Below are positions 40,627-50,569 of a stretch of DNA of 64,000 bases, in pieces. The first letter of the stretch is position 1. Every line of letters begins with the position of its first letter. The translations under genes and the position numbers were made by a program. The stretch covers positions 342,907 to 406,906 of the forward strand of contig CAWBHS010000060.1 in NCBI GenBank assembly GCA_963788655.1, in the 5' to 3' direction. Below the pieces are notes generated by a model that saw only the letters and a list, made by a program, of their open reading frames with translations, had not been told where the DNA came from and did no database searches. This stretch comes from an uncultured Verrucomicrobiae bacterium (GTDB taxonomy: Bacteria > Verrucomicrobiota > Verrucomicrobiia > Limisphaerales > JAFGQR01).

Positions 40627-41970
40627 CTACAATCCAAGCTTCTTGCGCTTGCGGTATAGTGTCGCCGGGTCGATGCCCAGCGTCTTGGCCGCGTCCTCCA
40701 TCGAGGTGGATCGCGTCAAGACGCGCCGGATATGTTCGACCTCCAATTCCTCGAGGCTCACTTCGGCCCCGACCTGGATTCCCGGGGTGGCTTCAGCCCC
40801 ATCCCGCTGGCACAGCTTGTCCGGCAGGTCGCAAGTTTCGATGCTTTCGCCGCCCGCCAAAATCACGGCCCGTTCCACCACATTGCGCAATTCGCGCAAG
40901 TTGCCGGGCCAGCCATAACGTCGCATTGCCTGCTCCGCCGCCGGCGCAAATCCGCGCAGCGGCTTGCCGGATTGGCTGGTGAAAAACTGGAGATACGCGG
41001 ACGCGATGGCCATCAAGTCCGCCATCCGTTCCCGCAAGGGGGGCAAGGAGACGGCAATGACGTTCAAGCGGTAAAATAGATCCTCGCGGAACCGGCCCTC
41101 GGCGACGGATTGTTCCAGATCGCGATTGGTCGCGGTGAGTACTCGCACGTTGGCGCGGCGCACTTTGTTTTCACCCAAGCGCTCGTACTCTTTTTCTTGC
41201 AACAATCGCAAGAGCTTGGGCTGGATCTCCAGCGGCATCTCGCCAATTTCATCGAGGAACAGCGTGCCGCCGTCGGCGATGGCTACTTTGCCCCAGGTAT
41301 CGCCCACCGCGCCGGTGAACGATCCTTTGACATGGCCGAACAGTTCGCTTTCCAGCAGTTCGCGCGACAAGCTGGGACAACTGACCGTGACGAATGGTTG
41401 GGCTTTCTGCGCGCTACGCTCGTGGATGAAACGAGCGAGGACCGTCTTGCCCGTGCCGCTTTCACCGAGGAGGAGTATGGTGGCGGCCGAGGCCGCCGCC
41501 TTGAGGGCGGTATCGTAAACGCCTTGCAGCGCGGGTTCGGCGGTGGTGAGATTCAATGGCGGCGCGTCGGAAGAAATGCGCGATTCCAAATCCGCCACGC
41601 GGTCCTGCAACTTGCGGGTTTTGGCAATTTTTCCCAATACCAGTCGGATCTGGTCCGGAGTGAAGGGTTTGGTGACATAATCGATCGCCCCGCATTGCAT
41701 CGCTTTGACGGCGGATTCGATGGAGGCATACGCCGTAAAGACAACAATCTCCAATCGCGGATCGCGGTGCAACAACTTGGGCAACAATTCCAGTCCGCTT
41801 TGGTCCTCAAGCCGGAGATCCAGAAACACCACCTCGAACTCCTGCTCGTGAAGCTGTTTCAAGGCCGCCGCGCCATTTTCCACCCCCAACGTTTCGTGCC
41901 CCATTTCCGTCAACACGGCAGCCGTTGTGGTCCGGATGTTCTTCTCGTCGTCAACAATCAGAATTCGCAT
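40627..41970 (-). CDS. Sigma54-dependent response regulator (NtrC/AlgB-like)
   Basis: Receiver domain, GESGTGKT, GSFTGA, LFLDEI, WPGNLRELRN and HTH LGIDPATLYRK. Confidence 0.95.
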   Translation of the reverse strand: MRILIVDDEKNIRTTTAAVLTEMGHETLGVENGAAALKQLHEQEFEVVFLDLRLEDQSGLELLPKLLHRDPRLEIVVFTAYASIESAVKAMQCGAIDYVTKPFTPDQIRLVLGKIAKTRKLQDRVADLESRISSDAPPLNLTTAEPALQGVYDTALKAAASAATILLLGESGTGKTVLARFIHERSAQKAQPFVTVSCPSLSRELLESELFGHVKGSFTGAVGDTWGKVAIADGGTLFLDEIGEMPLEIQPKLLRLLQEKEYERLGENKVRRANVRVLTATNRDLEQSVAEGRFREDLFYRLNVIAVSLPPLRERMADLMAIASAYLQFFTSQSGKPLRGFAPAAEQAMRRYGWPGNLRELRNVVERAVILAGGESIETCDLPDKLCQRDGAEATPGIQVGAEVSLEELEVEHIRRVLTRSTSMEDAAKTLGIDPATLYRKRKKLGL

Positions 41971-42112
41971 AAATGCTTTCCGCGATCGCGGTAAAGCCTA
42001 CGTGGGAAATGCGGCTGCGACCAGTTAAATTATGAGGCAGATTAGTGCGACGCGTTGACTCAAATTAAAAGACACCGAGGAAGGCATTCGCCGGGAAAAC
42101 AGCGATGTCCTC

Positions 42113-42155
42113 CTGCATTCTGCAAGGTTCTCCCGGCTGAGGTTGCATCGTGCAA
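42113..42155. promoter_or_regulatory. Paired TTGCA-N3-TGCAA enhancer sites
   Basis: ctgcattctgcaa (42113) and ttgcatcgtgcaa (42143), 30 bp apart. Confidence 0.7.
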
Positions 42156-42336
42156 GGCTTCCGGCCTGATCCGTTAGTTTTGCCAGGCAAACCGCGCCCC
42201 GCAGCTCAAAGGAATGGCGCTGGAGCTTGGCGGCACCACAAACACTGCCGGCGCGGCGCCAAGTTCTGGCCGCCGGCATTCGAATGTCCGCATCGTTTGG
42301 CGCCGCCGGCCTTTGCCGAATTGGAGGCCCGCCGTA

Positions 42337-42352
42337 TGGCACCCTCAGTGCT
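42337..42352 (+). promoter_or_regulatory. Sigma54 -24/-12 promoter of the degenerate regulator
   Basis: TGGCACCCTCAGTGCT. Confidence 0.7.
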
Positions 42353-42445
42353 TGAGGGGAAGTGTTGCCACGGCTCCAGCGAGGCAAACGTTTGAGTAGA
42401 TCACTGATTCATTACCGCCGAAAATTCAGAGTTAAACGCGCTCCC

Positions 42446-43558
42446 ATGCAGATCCTGATCATCGATGACGAAGCCAATATCCGGCGCACCACGGCGGTGG
42501 CGTTGGAAGGCATGGGGCACGAGGCCGTGGGCGCTCAGAATAGCAGCGAAGCCCTGCAGCAACTCGACAAATCCAATTTCGACGTGGCGTTTCTGGATCT
42601 CAAACTGGGTGAAGAGCAGGGATTGAATTTGCTGCCGCAATTGCTCGAACACGATCCGGCCTTGGACGTGGTGGTGTTCACGGCTTACGCGTCAATTGAC
42701 TCGGCGGTGGAAGCGATGCGGCGAGGCGCGTTTGACTACATCCCCAAACCGTTCACGCCGGACCAGATTCAAAACGTTCTGGAGCGCGTCGCGCACAGTC
42801 TGGCGGCGGCGCCAGAGCCGGTTTGGGAGAACAGCTATGAACTGGCCAGCCGGGCCGCCGCCGGCGCGCAGCCGGTATTGCTGCTGGGCGAACGGGGCAC
42901 GGGCAAAACCGCAATGGCGCGTTTCATCCATCAGAACAGTTCGCGCGCCGCCAAGCCGCTGGTGCGCGTTTGCTGTCCGCGGCTGCGCCCCGATCGGGTG
43001 GAGAGCGCCCTGTTCGGCGATCCGGCCGAACCAGGCGACGCCCCAGGCACTGTGGCTCCTGGCAAGCTGTTCCGGGCGGAAGGCGGCACGCTGTTTCTAC
43101 AGGAAATCAGCCTCGTGCCTTTGGCAGCGCAAGCAAAGCTGCTCCGGGTTTTGAACGAGGGACAATATCAACGGCGGGGAGAAAACATACCCCGGCAGGC
43201 CAACGTACGCCTGATCGGCGCGTCGCACCATAACTTGGAGAATGCCGTGAACGCGGGCCGTTTCCACCCCGAGCTATTCGCTTGCCTGGAAAAACGAATC
43301 ATTCATTTACCCCCGCTGCGTGAGCGCCGCGAGGAACTGCTGAAGACGGCGCACAGTTCACTCGAGTTATTTGCGGCCCAACTGGGGAAGCCGGTCAAGG
43401 GATTCTCCGCGGAGGTGGAGCAGGCACTGCGGCGTTACCGTTGGCCGGGTAATTTGCGGGAGCTGCAAAACGTTATCAAAGGCGCCGTGCAAGTGGCCGA
43501 GGGCTCCCAGATCGAGTCGGCGCATCTGCCGGACAAATTGCGGAGGCCGCCTCGCTGA
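42446..43558 (+). CDS. Degenerate sigma54 response-regulator paralog
   Basis: The receiver closely resembles that of 40627..41970. The AAA+ domain lacks GAFTGA, Walker B reads LFLQEI, and there is no HTH. Confidence 0.88.
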   Translation: MQILIIDDEANIRRTTAVALEGMGHEAVGAQNSSEALQQLDKSNFDVAFLDLKLGEEQGLNLLPQLLEHDPALDVVVFTAYASIDSAVEAMRRGAFDYIPKPFTPDQIQNVLERVAHSLAAAPEPVWENSYELASRAAAGAQPVLLLGERGTGKTAMARFIHQNSSRAAKPLVRVCCPRLRPDRVESALFGDPAEPGDAPGTVAPGKLFRAEGGTLFLQEISLVPLAAQAKLLRVLNEGQYQRRGENIPRQANVRLIGASHHNLENAVNAGRFHPELFACLEKRIIHLPPLRERREELLKTAHSSLELFAAQLGKPVKGFSAEVEQALRRYRWPGNLRELQNVIKGAVQVAEGSQIESAHLPDKLRRPPR

Positions 43559-43672
43559 TCGCTGACCTTTCGCGCGGCACCGAGCTGCGGTGAGGTCCGT
43601 GTTTCGCATGGTGGCAACTTGGTCCGAAAGCGGCGCTCAAGCGCACGCAGGCCAGACGCCCTGCGCAATCCG

Positions 43673-44143
43673 TCAGTTCCCATCCAACTGGGCGTCGCCT
43701 TGCGGTTTGCGCTCGATTTGCAGGGTGGAGATGACTTGCTTGACTCCCTCAACCGATCGCGCAATGGATACCGCACGTTCCTTTTCCGCGCCGGATTGGA
43801 CTTTGCCGGATAAGGTGACCAAGCCATCCGTGGTGTCCACATCAATCCTCAAGGCCGACAACGTGTCGGCCGCAGCCAGTTTAGCTTTGATCCGGGTGCT
43901 GATCAACGCGTCTGAAGAAACCTCCTTAACTGCCCGGCCGGCGTCCCGCAACTCCTGCTTGAGGCCTTCGGTGTCGATGGAGTCAGCGGCGTCTGCTATT
44001 TTGTCCTTCGCCTCGCGCGCGCCGTCTTCGATCTTATTGCCGGCGGATTCGAGACGCTGCTTGGTTTCGGTCGGATGCGAAAGCGCCCAAACGGCGAGGA
44101 CCGCTACGAGGATGCCCACTAAAAAGCTAATCACGATTTTCAT
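43673..44143 (-). CDS. BON domain (OsmY-like) protein
   Basis: DALISTRIKAKL..IDVDTTDGLVTLSG..ARSVEGVKQV. Confidence 0.9.
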   Translation of the reverse strand: MKIVISFLVGILVAVLAVWALSHPTETKQRLESAGNKIEDGAREAKDKIADAADSIDTEGLKQELRDAGRAVKEVSSDALISTRIKAKLAAADTLSALRIDVDTTDGLVTLSGKVQSGAEKERAVSIARSVEGVKQVISTLQIERKPQGDAQLDGN

Positions 44144-44227
44144 AAAAGGGGTTTGGTTGAGATTGTAGATTTAAGGCCGCCGATTGTTGCCAATCGGCGA
44201 CCCTCGGGGGAAAACAACCGGCAACTG

Positions 44228-45346
44228 CTACCGGTTTTGCGGTTCCTGTTTTTTATCGAGCTCTTTCTGGAAGGTCGAACCTTGCTCATCCCGGTTGCGA
44301 ACCGGTTGCCGCGCGTCCGAACTCCAGAAGACGGTTTCATTGAAGCGACGATAAACGTTGGCAACCCACACCGGATCGCTCAGCTCAGCCCACTCCTCGT
44401 CTTTGATGGTGGTGGTTTGATCCAACTTGTTCTTCGACAGTCGCAGCGTCGCCTGATCCAGGTTCTTCCCGTAGTCGATTTGCCGTGGCGGAATGGCGTG
44501 CAACGTTTCACCGACTCCCAGAACGCCGCCCGAAGAAACGACGGCAAACAAGATATGTCCGGAGTTGAGGTCAATCAGGAAGTTTTCAATTTCGCCGACC
44601 TTGGCGTTTTGATTGTCGCGGACGGTCTTGTCCAGCAGTTGACTCGCTTTGGCCAATCGCAGGCCGGGCTGCGTCATGGTTTCCTGGGAGCCGGAATCCT
44701 TCGCCCGCTCGGCAGCGGGTGGCGGCGCCGACTCAGTGTCCGGATTCCGCGCTTTTTGGCCGACGGTGTCTTCACTGTGCCAATATGCCGATTGCCCAAA
44801 ATGACGGTAGGCCACCAGCATTTGAGTGCTTTCGTCCTTTAGGTTCCAATCAAACACCGGCACTTTCTCGAATTGCTTCACGCTCATGTCGAGTCCCAAT
44901 TGACGCTCGGGGTTTTCGGCATTCTCTCCCGACTTCACGAAGCGGGCGTAGGTGAGGCTCTGCGGCGGGATGGCGCGCAATCGTTCGCCCACGCCCAACA
45001 GTCCACCCCGGGTGGCCACGATGGCGACGACCCGTCCATTGCGGGCGTCAACGGCCAAATCACTCACCGTGGCCAGTTCCGCACCGTCTTTGCCTTTGAT
45101 TTCCCGCCCAATCAAGTCGCTGGCCTTGGCGGCCAGGAATGATTTTCCCATTACGGCGATGGACGTGCGGCGCACTCCTTTCAATGGTTCTTGATTCTGC
45201 TGCTCCTTCGTTTGCGGCGCGTTTTGATTGGGCGCTTCGTTGTTCCTGGTTTCGGGAGCTGGTTTCTCCCCGCTCACCGCATTGCCTGCCGTCAGCACGA
45301 AGATGCCTCCCAGCGCCACTGCGATTAATTTCGTTTTCTTTGTCAT
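44228..45346 (-). CDS. Exported tandem PRC-barrel protein
   Basis: Signal peptide and two KAS.L....V/I repeats, each followed by GG.LGVGE...AIP. Confidence 0.88.
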   Translation of the reverse strand: MTKKTKLIAVALGGIFVLTAGNAVSGEKPAPETRNNEAPNQNAPQTKEQQNQEPLKGVRRTSIAVMGKSFLAAKASDLIGREIKGKDGAELATVSDLAVDARNGRVVAIVATRGGLLGVGERLRAIPPQSLTYARFVKSGENAENPERQLGLDMSVKQFEKVPVFDWNLKDESTQMLVAYRHFGQSAYWHSEDTVGQKARNPDTESAPPPAAERAKDSGSQETMTQPGLRLAKASQLLDKTVRDNQNAKVGEIENFLIDLNSGHILFAVVSSGGVLGVGETLHAIPPRQIDYGKNLDQATLRLSKNKLDQTTTIKDEEWAELSDPVWVANVYRRFNETVFWSSDARQPVRNRDEQGSTFQKELDKKQEPQNR

Positions 45347-45467
45347 AGCCGAATCCTTTCTGTCGTTTGATTGTTGGTGTCTCAGTTTGGGTTTATTCAT
45401 TTGCATGGGCATTCTGTTCATTACAAAGGCCTCCGCCAATACGCGCATCGGCCTTGGCAGAAAGATA

Positions 45468-45606
45468 AGCTACAGGAATGCCAACGACCAGTCGGAGTCC
45501 TTAAACCGCAGTGTCTCAAGCACTTCAACAACCAGGTGGAAAAACGCGGGCCCCGTCCGGCGATTGCAGTTTGCAATGGCGATCAAGCACGTGTCGCAGG
45601 ATGCAA
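45468..45606 (-). promoter_or_regulatory. Sigma54 promoter plus enhancer pair for the PRC-barrel/BON genes
   Basis: TGGCATTCCTGTAGCT (45483-45468, minus strand); ttgcagtttgcaa (45564) and tcgcaggatgcaa (45594). Confidence 0.65.
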
Positions 45607-45744
45607 TCCGGGAGTACGCCAGCGAAAATAATGCAGTGTATCCTGAAGTCGGTTAACGGCATCCGGCATCGCCTGGTGATGCGGCGGGCGGTTCTGGTCG
45701 CCCATGCTTCAGCATACTGGGGGGAAGTGGAACCGGCCGAACGG

Positions 45745-46632
45745 CTATTCCGGTACCACAAACGTGAATTTCCGTTCCTTGCCGTCGCGGCGAACGACAA
45801 TCGTGACGCTATGCCCGATCGATGCCTCCAGCAGTTTCCGCAAAGCGATGAAATCCGGTGGTAAAGGGGCTGCGGCTGGCAACTCAGATTCCAGAACCAA
45901 TTCACGGCCGGCCAGCGTCTCCGAAGCGACCGCGTCCATGTCACTAGGCAGCGCATTGGCCCAAGGCACGACTGGTCGGGACGGATCTAACTCCGAAAGG
46001 AGATGAACTGGCACGGCGAAATTCAGATTTTGCGCCCCCCGTTTGCTCCAAGAGGCCACGCCGACAACGGCGCCTGCGGCGTTGAGCAACGGTCCGCCGC
46101 TGTTGCCGGTCGAGAATGGGCAGCTCACTTGATACTGCGGATAGCCGTCCAGGTTTTGGATTTGGCTTAACAAACCTTCGGCAATGCTGAAACCATAACC
46201 CTTCGGCGCTCCCATAATGTAAAGTCGGGATCCAATGCGCGGTGTTGCCGTCGCCAACTTCAGCAGCGGCTGGTCCTCGTTCTTCAACTGGATCAAGGCC
46301 AGGTCGTGTTGCTCGTTTTTATCGACCCATCCCAGAACCGGTTGCTTGCGCCCATCCGCAAAGATCGCCATGACATTCGTCGCATCGTAGATGACATGCC
46401 AGGCAGTCACGGCGATGTCTTGGGCCACCGCCAGGAACGCCGATCCGGTAAACCGTTCGCCCGCCGCATTCTGAACCTTCAGGGTCAGAACCGATGGCTG
46501 AATCAGGGTGTAAATATCCTCCGGCGGCAGGGGCTCCGCTCGCAACGGCGTTATAAACAAACTCGCCAATCCAAACCCGAAAAGAGCGAGAACTTTGAAT
46601 TTCAAATGGTTACACATCGAAGACTCAAACAT
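45745..46632 (-). CDS. Trypsin-like (S1C) serine protease
   Basis: Catalytic triad motifs TAWHV, DLALI and GNSGGPL; signal peptide. Confidence 0.9.
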   Translation of the reverse strand: MFESSMCNHLKFKVLALFGFGLASLFITPLRAEPLPPEDIYTLIQPSVLTLKVQNAAGERFTGSAFLAVAQDIAVTAWHVIYDATNVMAIFADGRKQPVLGWVDKNEQHDLALIQLKNEDQPLLKLATATPRIGSRLYIMGAPKGYGFSIAEGLLSQIQNLDGYPQYQVSCPFSTGNSGGPLLNAAGAVVGVASWSKRGAQNLNFAVPVHLLSELDPSRPVVPWANALPSDMDAVASETLAGRELVLESELPAAAPLPPDFIALRKLLEASIGHSVTIVVRRDGKERKFTFVVPE

Positions 46633-46745
46633 ACTGATCTCAATCTAAGCATAATGCTGGCCTGAATATAGGCGAAATCCCTACCTGTCTCAATCGCAAA
46701 TCCGAAACCCAACTGCTAAGAGCCTGTTTTAAACTCCAGCCGATC

Positions 46746-46833
46746 CGTAACAGCCGACGTAAGGAGGCTCATTTTTCCTCGGAAAACTGCGGTGCGTCCG
46801 AGATGAATGAGCCTCCTTACGTCGGACTGCTAC
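46746..46833. repeat. REP inverted repeat (same family as 26958)
   Basis: gtaacagccgacgtaaggaggctcatt...aatgagcctccttacgtcggactgctac. Confidence 0.8.
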
Positions 46834-47034
46834 GATGGAGGTTCACGACAACGGCATGGGTTTGTCCCGGCCACTCCCCGCTGGAAGAGGCATCGGCGTC
46901 GAAACCATGGCCAGTCGGGCGCGCGTCATTGGCGCCCAACTCCACTTGGATTCGCAACCGAACTGCGGCACCCACGTGACATGCAAGCTTCCCCTTTTCC
47001 AGAGGTCGTAGCGTCAACGCATCTGAGTCGGCAC

Positions 47035-47172
47035 ATGCAAAGTGCAATTATTCAGGGGGTTATCATGCACAATGCCAAGCGGATTTCCTGCGCGGCCGGC
47101 CCCAAACAATGCACAACTCATTTCGATTGAGCAAGTTCCGGGAAACTGCCGGAAACTGGCATAGTTCTGGCA
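47035..47172 (+). promoter_or_regulatory. Enhancer pair plus sigma54 promoter
   Basis: atgcaaagtgcaa (47035), atgcacaatgcca (47065) and TGGCATAGTTCTGGCA (47157). Confidence 0.65.
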
Positions 47173-47335
47173 AGTATAGTTGGTAGCTTATGCAAACAGT
47201 GTTCAACCACAGTTGGAAGTATCACAGCGCACTGGCCGGTCGCCAGCGCCTTCCTCGTTCCCGACATCGGGATCCAGAACCTTTGATCGACTCCTCTTTC
47301 CAGCTAAGCGAAACCAACACCAGAAAGGAATTTAA

Positions 47336-47878
47336 ATGGCTACGTTAACCGTATTCGGAATCGCCCGTTCCAAGCCACACGCCGACGCCATCATCCTGCA
47401 ACTGATGCGCGCGGATTTTGGTCCGTACGCACTCTCGGCGCTGCAAGCGGCGGAGAACCTCCCTGAGGACAGGCGTAGGCAGGAACCCGCACCCCGGACA
47501 TCCGCCGACATTCCAGGCAATGGCAAACCACCGGTGGAAGGCGCCTTGGGCTTGTTGCCCGGACTGCGAATCTTGACTGGTACCGATGGGATACCACTCG
47601 TGGCCAGCGGTACGTTTGCCGACAATCTTGAAGGCCTTGCGAGCAGGGGCCTGGTTGAGGGACTGCTACGCCTGGGGATGACCGATTACGAAGCCAGACG
47701 ATTTGAACACCAGGTCAAGGAGGGGGACATCCTCATCTGCGCGCGCGCCGAAACGGCGGAGGATACCGTGCGGGCGACAGAGATCTTCGAGCAGGCGGGG
47801 GTATGGGATGTCATCATTGACGACGACACCCCGATTATGCCCTTCGTGCGCGAGGAGCCGCAGACAACGGTCACTTGA
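47336..47878 (+). CDS. General stress protein 17M/YflT-like
   Basis: GL..LGMTDYEARRFEHQVKEGDILI..RATEIFEQAG; preceded by an AAGGA RBS. Confidence 0.65.
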   Translation: MATLTVFGIARSKPHADAIILQLMRADFGPYALSALQAAENLPEDRRRQEPAPRTSADIPGNGKPPVEGALGLLPGLRILTGTDGIPLVASGTFADNLEGLASRGLVEGLLRLGMTDYEARRFEHQVKEGDILICARAETAEDTVRATEIFEQAGVWDVIIDDDTPIMPFVREEPQTTVT

Positions 47879-48033
47879 GGCTGGATGATTCCCCCATGCA
47901 GGCGACTCCGGCGTTCCCTTAAGCACCAGGCATTTTCCTGAGTGCCGGACTGGAGCCCGCCCCATTCATGAATTCCGTTTCCAGACGATACTGTCAGCAA
48001 ATTAATAAACAACCAACACACGAAAGGAAATAT

Positions 48034-48198
48034 ATGTTAAGCTGGGCTGTCACCTTTTTAGTCATTGCCCTCATCGCCGGTGTCCTGGGTTTTGGAGACA
48101 TCGCTGGCGCCGCGGTGGGTATCGCCAAGATTCTGTTTGTGGTCTTCCTGGTTCTGTTTGTGATCTTCTTGATTATGGGACGGCGCCCCCCCGCCTAA
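48034..48198 (+). CDS. DUF1328 (UPF0391/YtjA) small membrane protein
   Basis: [35 protein letters not shown]. Confidence 0.92.
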   Translation: MLSWAVTFLVIALIAGVLGFGDIAGAAVGIAKILFVVFLVLFVIFLIMGRRPPA

Positions 48199-48269
48199 TT
48201 CAGCGGAGGCATTACTATGTTAGCGACTGAATCGCGGCAATAAAACCCAAATACGAAAGGTAATAAATT

Positions 48270-48521
48270 ATGAAACTCATACCCCACCTCAACACGGCAA
48301 CTCGAATTGGGTCGTTCAAAATTGTTTTGCTCGCGCTCATGAGCGGAATGCTCCTCACCGGTTGCCATACGAAAGAAGGAATCGAACAAGACGCGGAATC
48401 AGCCGGCGAAGCCGTCAAAGACGCGGCCGATGACGCGGGGGACGCCGTGAAAGACGCGGTCGATGACGCCGGCGACACCGTGAAAGACGCGGCCGATGAT
48501 GTGGATGACAGCATCAAGTAG
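48270..48521 (+). CDS. Entericidin-like lipoprotein with 11-residue repeats
   Basis: Lipobox LTGC, then HTKEGIEQDAESAGEAV and repeated VKDAADDAGD. Confidence 0.7.
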   Translation: MKLIPHLNTATRIGSFKIVLLALMSGMLLTGCHTKEGIEQDAESAGEAVKDAADDAGDAVKDAVDDAGDTVKDAADDVDDSIK

Positions 48522-48666
48522 GATGGAGGACTGTGCAGTGCAAAACGGCGATTGGCTCGTCGTTGCTCATTCGCAAATCATCCCTGCAACGCCGGCGATT
48601 GTATTCCGGGACGGAGCGCAGTCCGTGCGGGCCGGATAATCCACAGCGCTTGCCGGTGAACTGCCC

Positions 48667-49279
48667 ATGAGTGACTCAACCATCGGGTGCCCGAGTTGTG
48701 GTTTGCTCCAGCGTCTTGAACCGCTGGCTCCGGGGATGACGGCTGATTGTTCGCGGTGCGGTTCGCAGGTCGCCAAAGCCAAACGGGACAGTCTGGGGCG
48801 CACGGCGGCGCTTTCGCTGGCGGCCCTCCTGCTCTACGTGCCGGCGAACATTTATCCGATCATGCGCATGGAGTTTCATGGGGTGTTCACCGAAAGCACC
48901 GTGTGGGATGGTTGCGTGCGCCTCTTTCAAGATGGCCAATGGCTGGTGGCCGTGATTGTGTTCCTGGCCAGCCTGCTCGTTCCACTGCTCAAGTTGCTGG
49001 GGCTTTTCTTCCTGGTCATCACCACCAAGCTGAGTTCGCCGCGCGCGCGGCCGCTCCGAACGCGCATTCATCAACTCATCGAGGTGATCGGTCCGTGGGC
49101 GATGCTCGATGTATTCCTGTTGGCGATCCTGGTTGCCCTGGTGAAGCTGGGACGCATCGCGACGGTCACGCCCGGGCCGGGTTTGCTGGCGTTTACTTCG
49201 GTCGTAGGACCTGACAATCCTGGCTTCCGCCAGCTTCGATCCCCGACAGATTTGGGAAGGAGAGAATCAAAACTCATGA
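48667..49279 (+). CDS. pqiA: PqiA family membrane protein (frameshift at ~49207 fuses it to the next gene in the ORF track)
   Basis: CPSCG..CSRCG, PANIYP and GPWAMLDVFL; the corrected end reads LTILASASFDPRQIW. Confidence 0.88.
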
Positions 49280-50235
49280 GCAAGGAAACTCCCCATTCCC
49301 GCGGCGACCTGCCCCAAGCCAAAACGAAAAAGCGCCGATGGAAACTATCGCCGGTCTGGGCTGTCCCAGCGGTGGCGGCGTTGCTGGCGGGCTACCTGGT
49401 TTACCAGCGTGTCCTCGAATACGGTTCGACCATCACCATCCAGTTTCGGGAGGCAAGCGGGGTGAATCCGGGCCAAACACCCGTCAAATATCGCGGAGTG
49501 GATATTGGGCAAGTGGGATCCATTCGGTTAAGCGAGGACCAGCAATACGCGACCTTGGAAGTTAAACTAAAGCGGCAGGCGTCCTCGGTAGCTCGGGAAG
49601 ATTCCGTCTTTTGGATTGTTCGACCGCAACTGGGCATGGGAAACTTTACCGGCCTGGGGACGATAATTACCGGTCCCTACATCGAGGTCTTGCCGGGCGA
49701 GGGAGAAGCCGCTTCCGAATTTATTGGCGCGGAGCAGTCACCCAAGATTCTTGATCCGGACGGATTGAATCTGATTCTGCTTTCACCGCACAGTGCCTCC
49801 TTACGGGCGGGTGTCCCGATCTATTATCGCGGCATTGCCGTGGGCGCCGTGCGCGAGGCTCGACTCACCACCAATGCCAACGCGGTGGCAATCCAGGGGG
49901 TCATCCGACCGCGCTACGCGCCCCTGGTCCGAACCGATTCAAAGTTCTGGAACGTTACTGGCATGGATGTGCGGGTGGGATTGTTTAGCGGGGCCGAAGT
50001 GGACGTCGAATCTCTCAAGTCACTATTCATCGGCGGCATTGCTTTTGCCACGCCGGACGATTCAAATCCCCGGCCGGTGCCAGACGGCATGGTATTCCGC
50101 TTGCACGACCAGGCCAAACCGGAGTGGCGGGAATGGTCACCTCCGATCTCCATACCGATTGAGTCCGACGGGGCCGAACAGGCTGAGATTAGAACGCCCC
50201 GTGACTTGCCTTTCCCGCAACGTAATCCGCCTTAA
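49276..50235 (+). CDS. pqiB: PqiB/MCE (MlaD) domain protein
   Basis: Motifs W.VP, TPVKYRGVDIGQV, FWIVRP, FWNVTG and GGIAFATP. Confidence 0.88.
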   Translation: MSKETPHSRGDLPQAKTKKRRWKLSPVWAVPAVAALLAGYLVYQRVLEYGSTITIQFREASGVNPGQTPVKYRGVDIGQVGSIRLSEDQQYATLEVKLKRQASSVAREDSVFWIVRPQLGMGNFTGLGTIITGPYIEVLPGEGEAASEFIGAEQSPKILDPDGLNLILLSPHSASLRAGVPIYYRGIAVGAVREARLTTNANAVAIQGVIRPRYAPLVRTDSKFWNVTGMDVRVGLFSGAEVDVESLKSLFIGGIAFATPDDSNPRPVPDGMVFRLHDQAKPEWREWSPPISIPIESDGAEQAEIRTPRDLPFPQRNPP

Positions 50236-50238
50236 GTG

Positions 50239-50495
50239 TATGAACGTGTCTTTGCTCACTCTCCTGCTTGGCATTGTTTAGCGCCGCCATCGCCCTCGCT
50301 GCATTAACCGGCTGTGCCCGCCTCCAAGAGCAACGTAGTTCACGGAGCACCGGGGAATATATCGACGATAGAACGATCACCGCGAGGGGGAAGAACGCCT
50401 TGGCCAATCGTGGGCAACCCGAATTCGGGGAGGTCATAATCTTAACCGGTCGCGGCCGCGTGCAGCTCAGTGGATCCGTTAAAAACTCAAGCTAA
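50239..50495 (+). pseudogene. Truncated BON-domain lipoprotein
   Basis: LTGC..RSTGEYIDDRTITA..GRVQLSG, followed by a premature stop. Confidence 0.65.
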
Positions 50496-50569
50496 ATGTT
50501 CCAACCAAGTGAATCGAAGCGTGATTGCGCAAAGCGACCGATAAACCAAAGGAAAGGAACCATACCGCC

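Noticed and set aside
45422..45439. Alternative sigma54 promoter TGGCGG..TTTGT for the PRC-barrel gene
   Set aside because: The spacing is off by one and the -12 GC is missing; the 45468-45483 site fits better.
46715..46735. taagagcctgttttaaa, resembling an IS/MITE terminus next to a REP
   Set aside because: No matching inverted end or target duplication was found nearby.
48400..48510. Possible CRISPR-like direct repeats
   Set aside because: These are tandem in-frame coding repeats without spacers, and there are no cas genes in the window.
48667..50235. Apparent PqiA-PqiB fusion
   Set aside because: The conserved PqiA end (ASFDPRQIW) is in another frame and stops at an ATGA overlap with pqiB.
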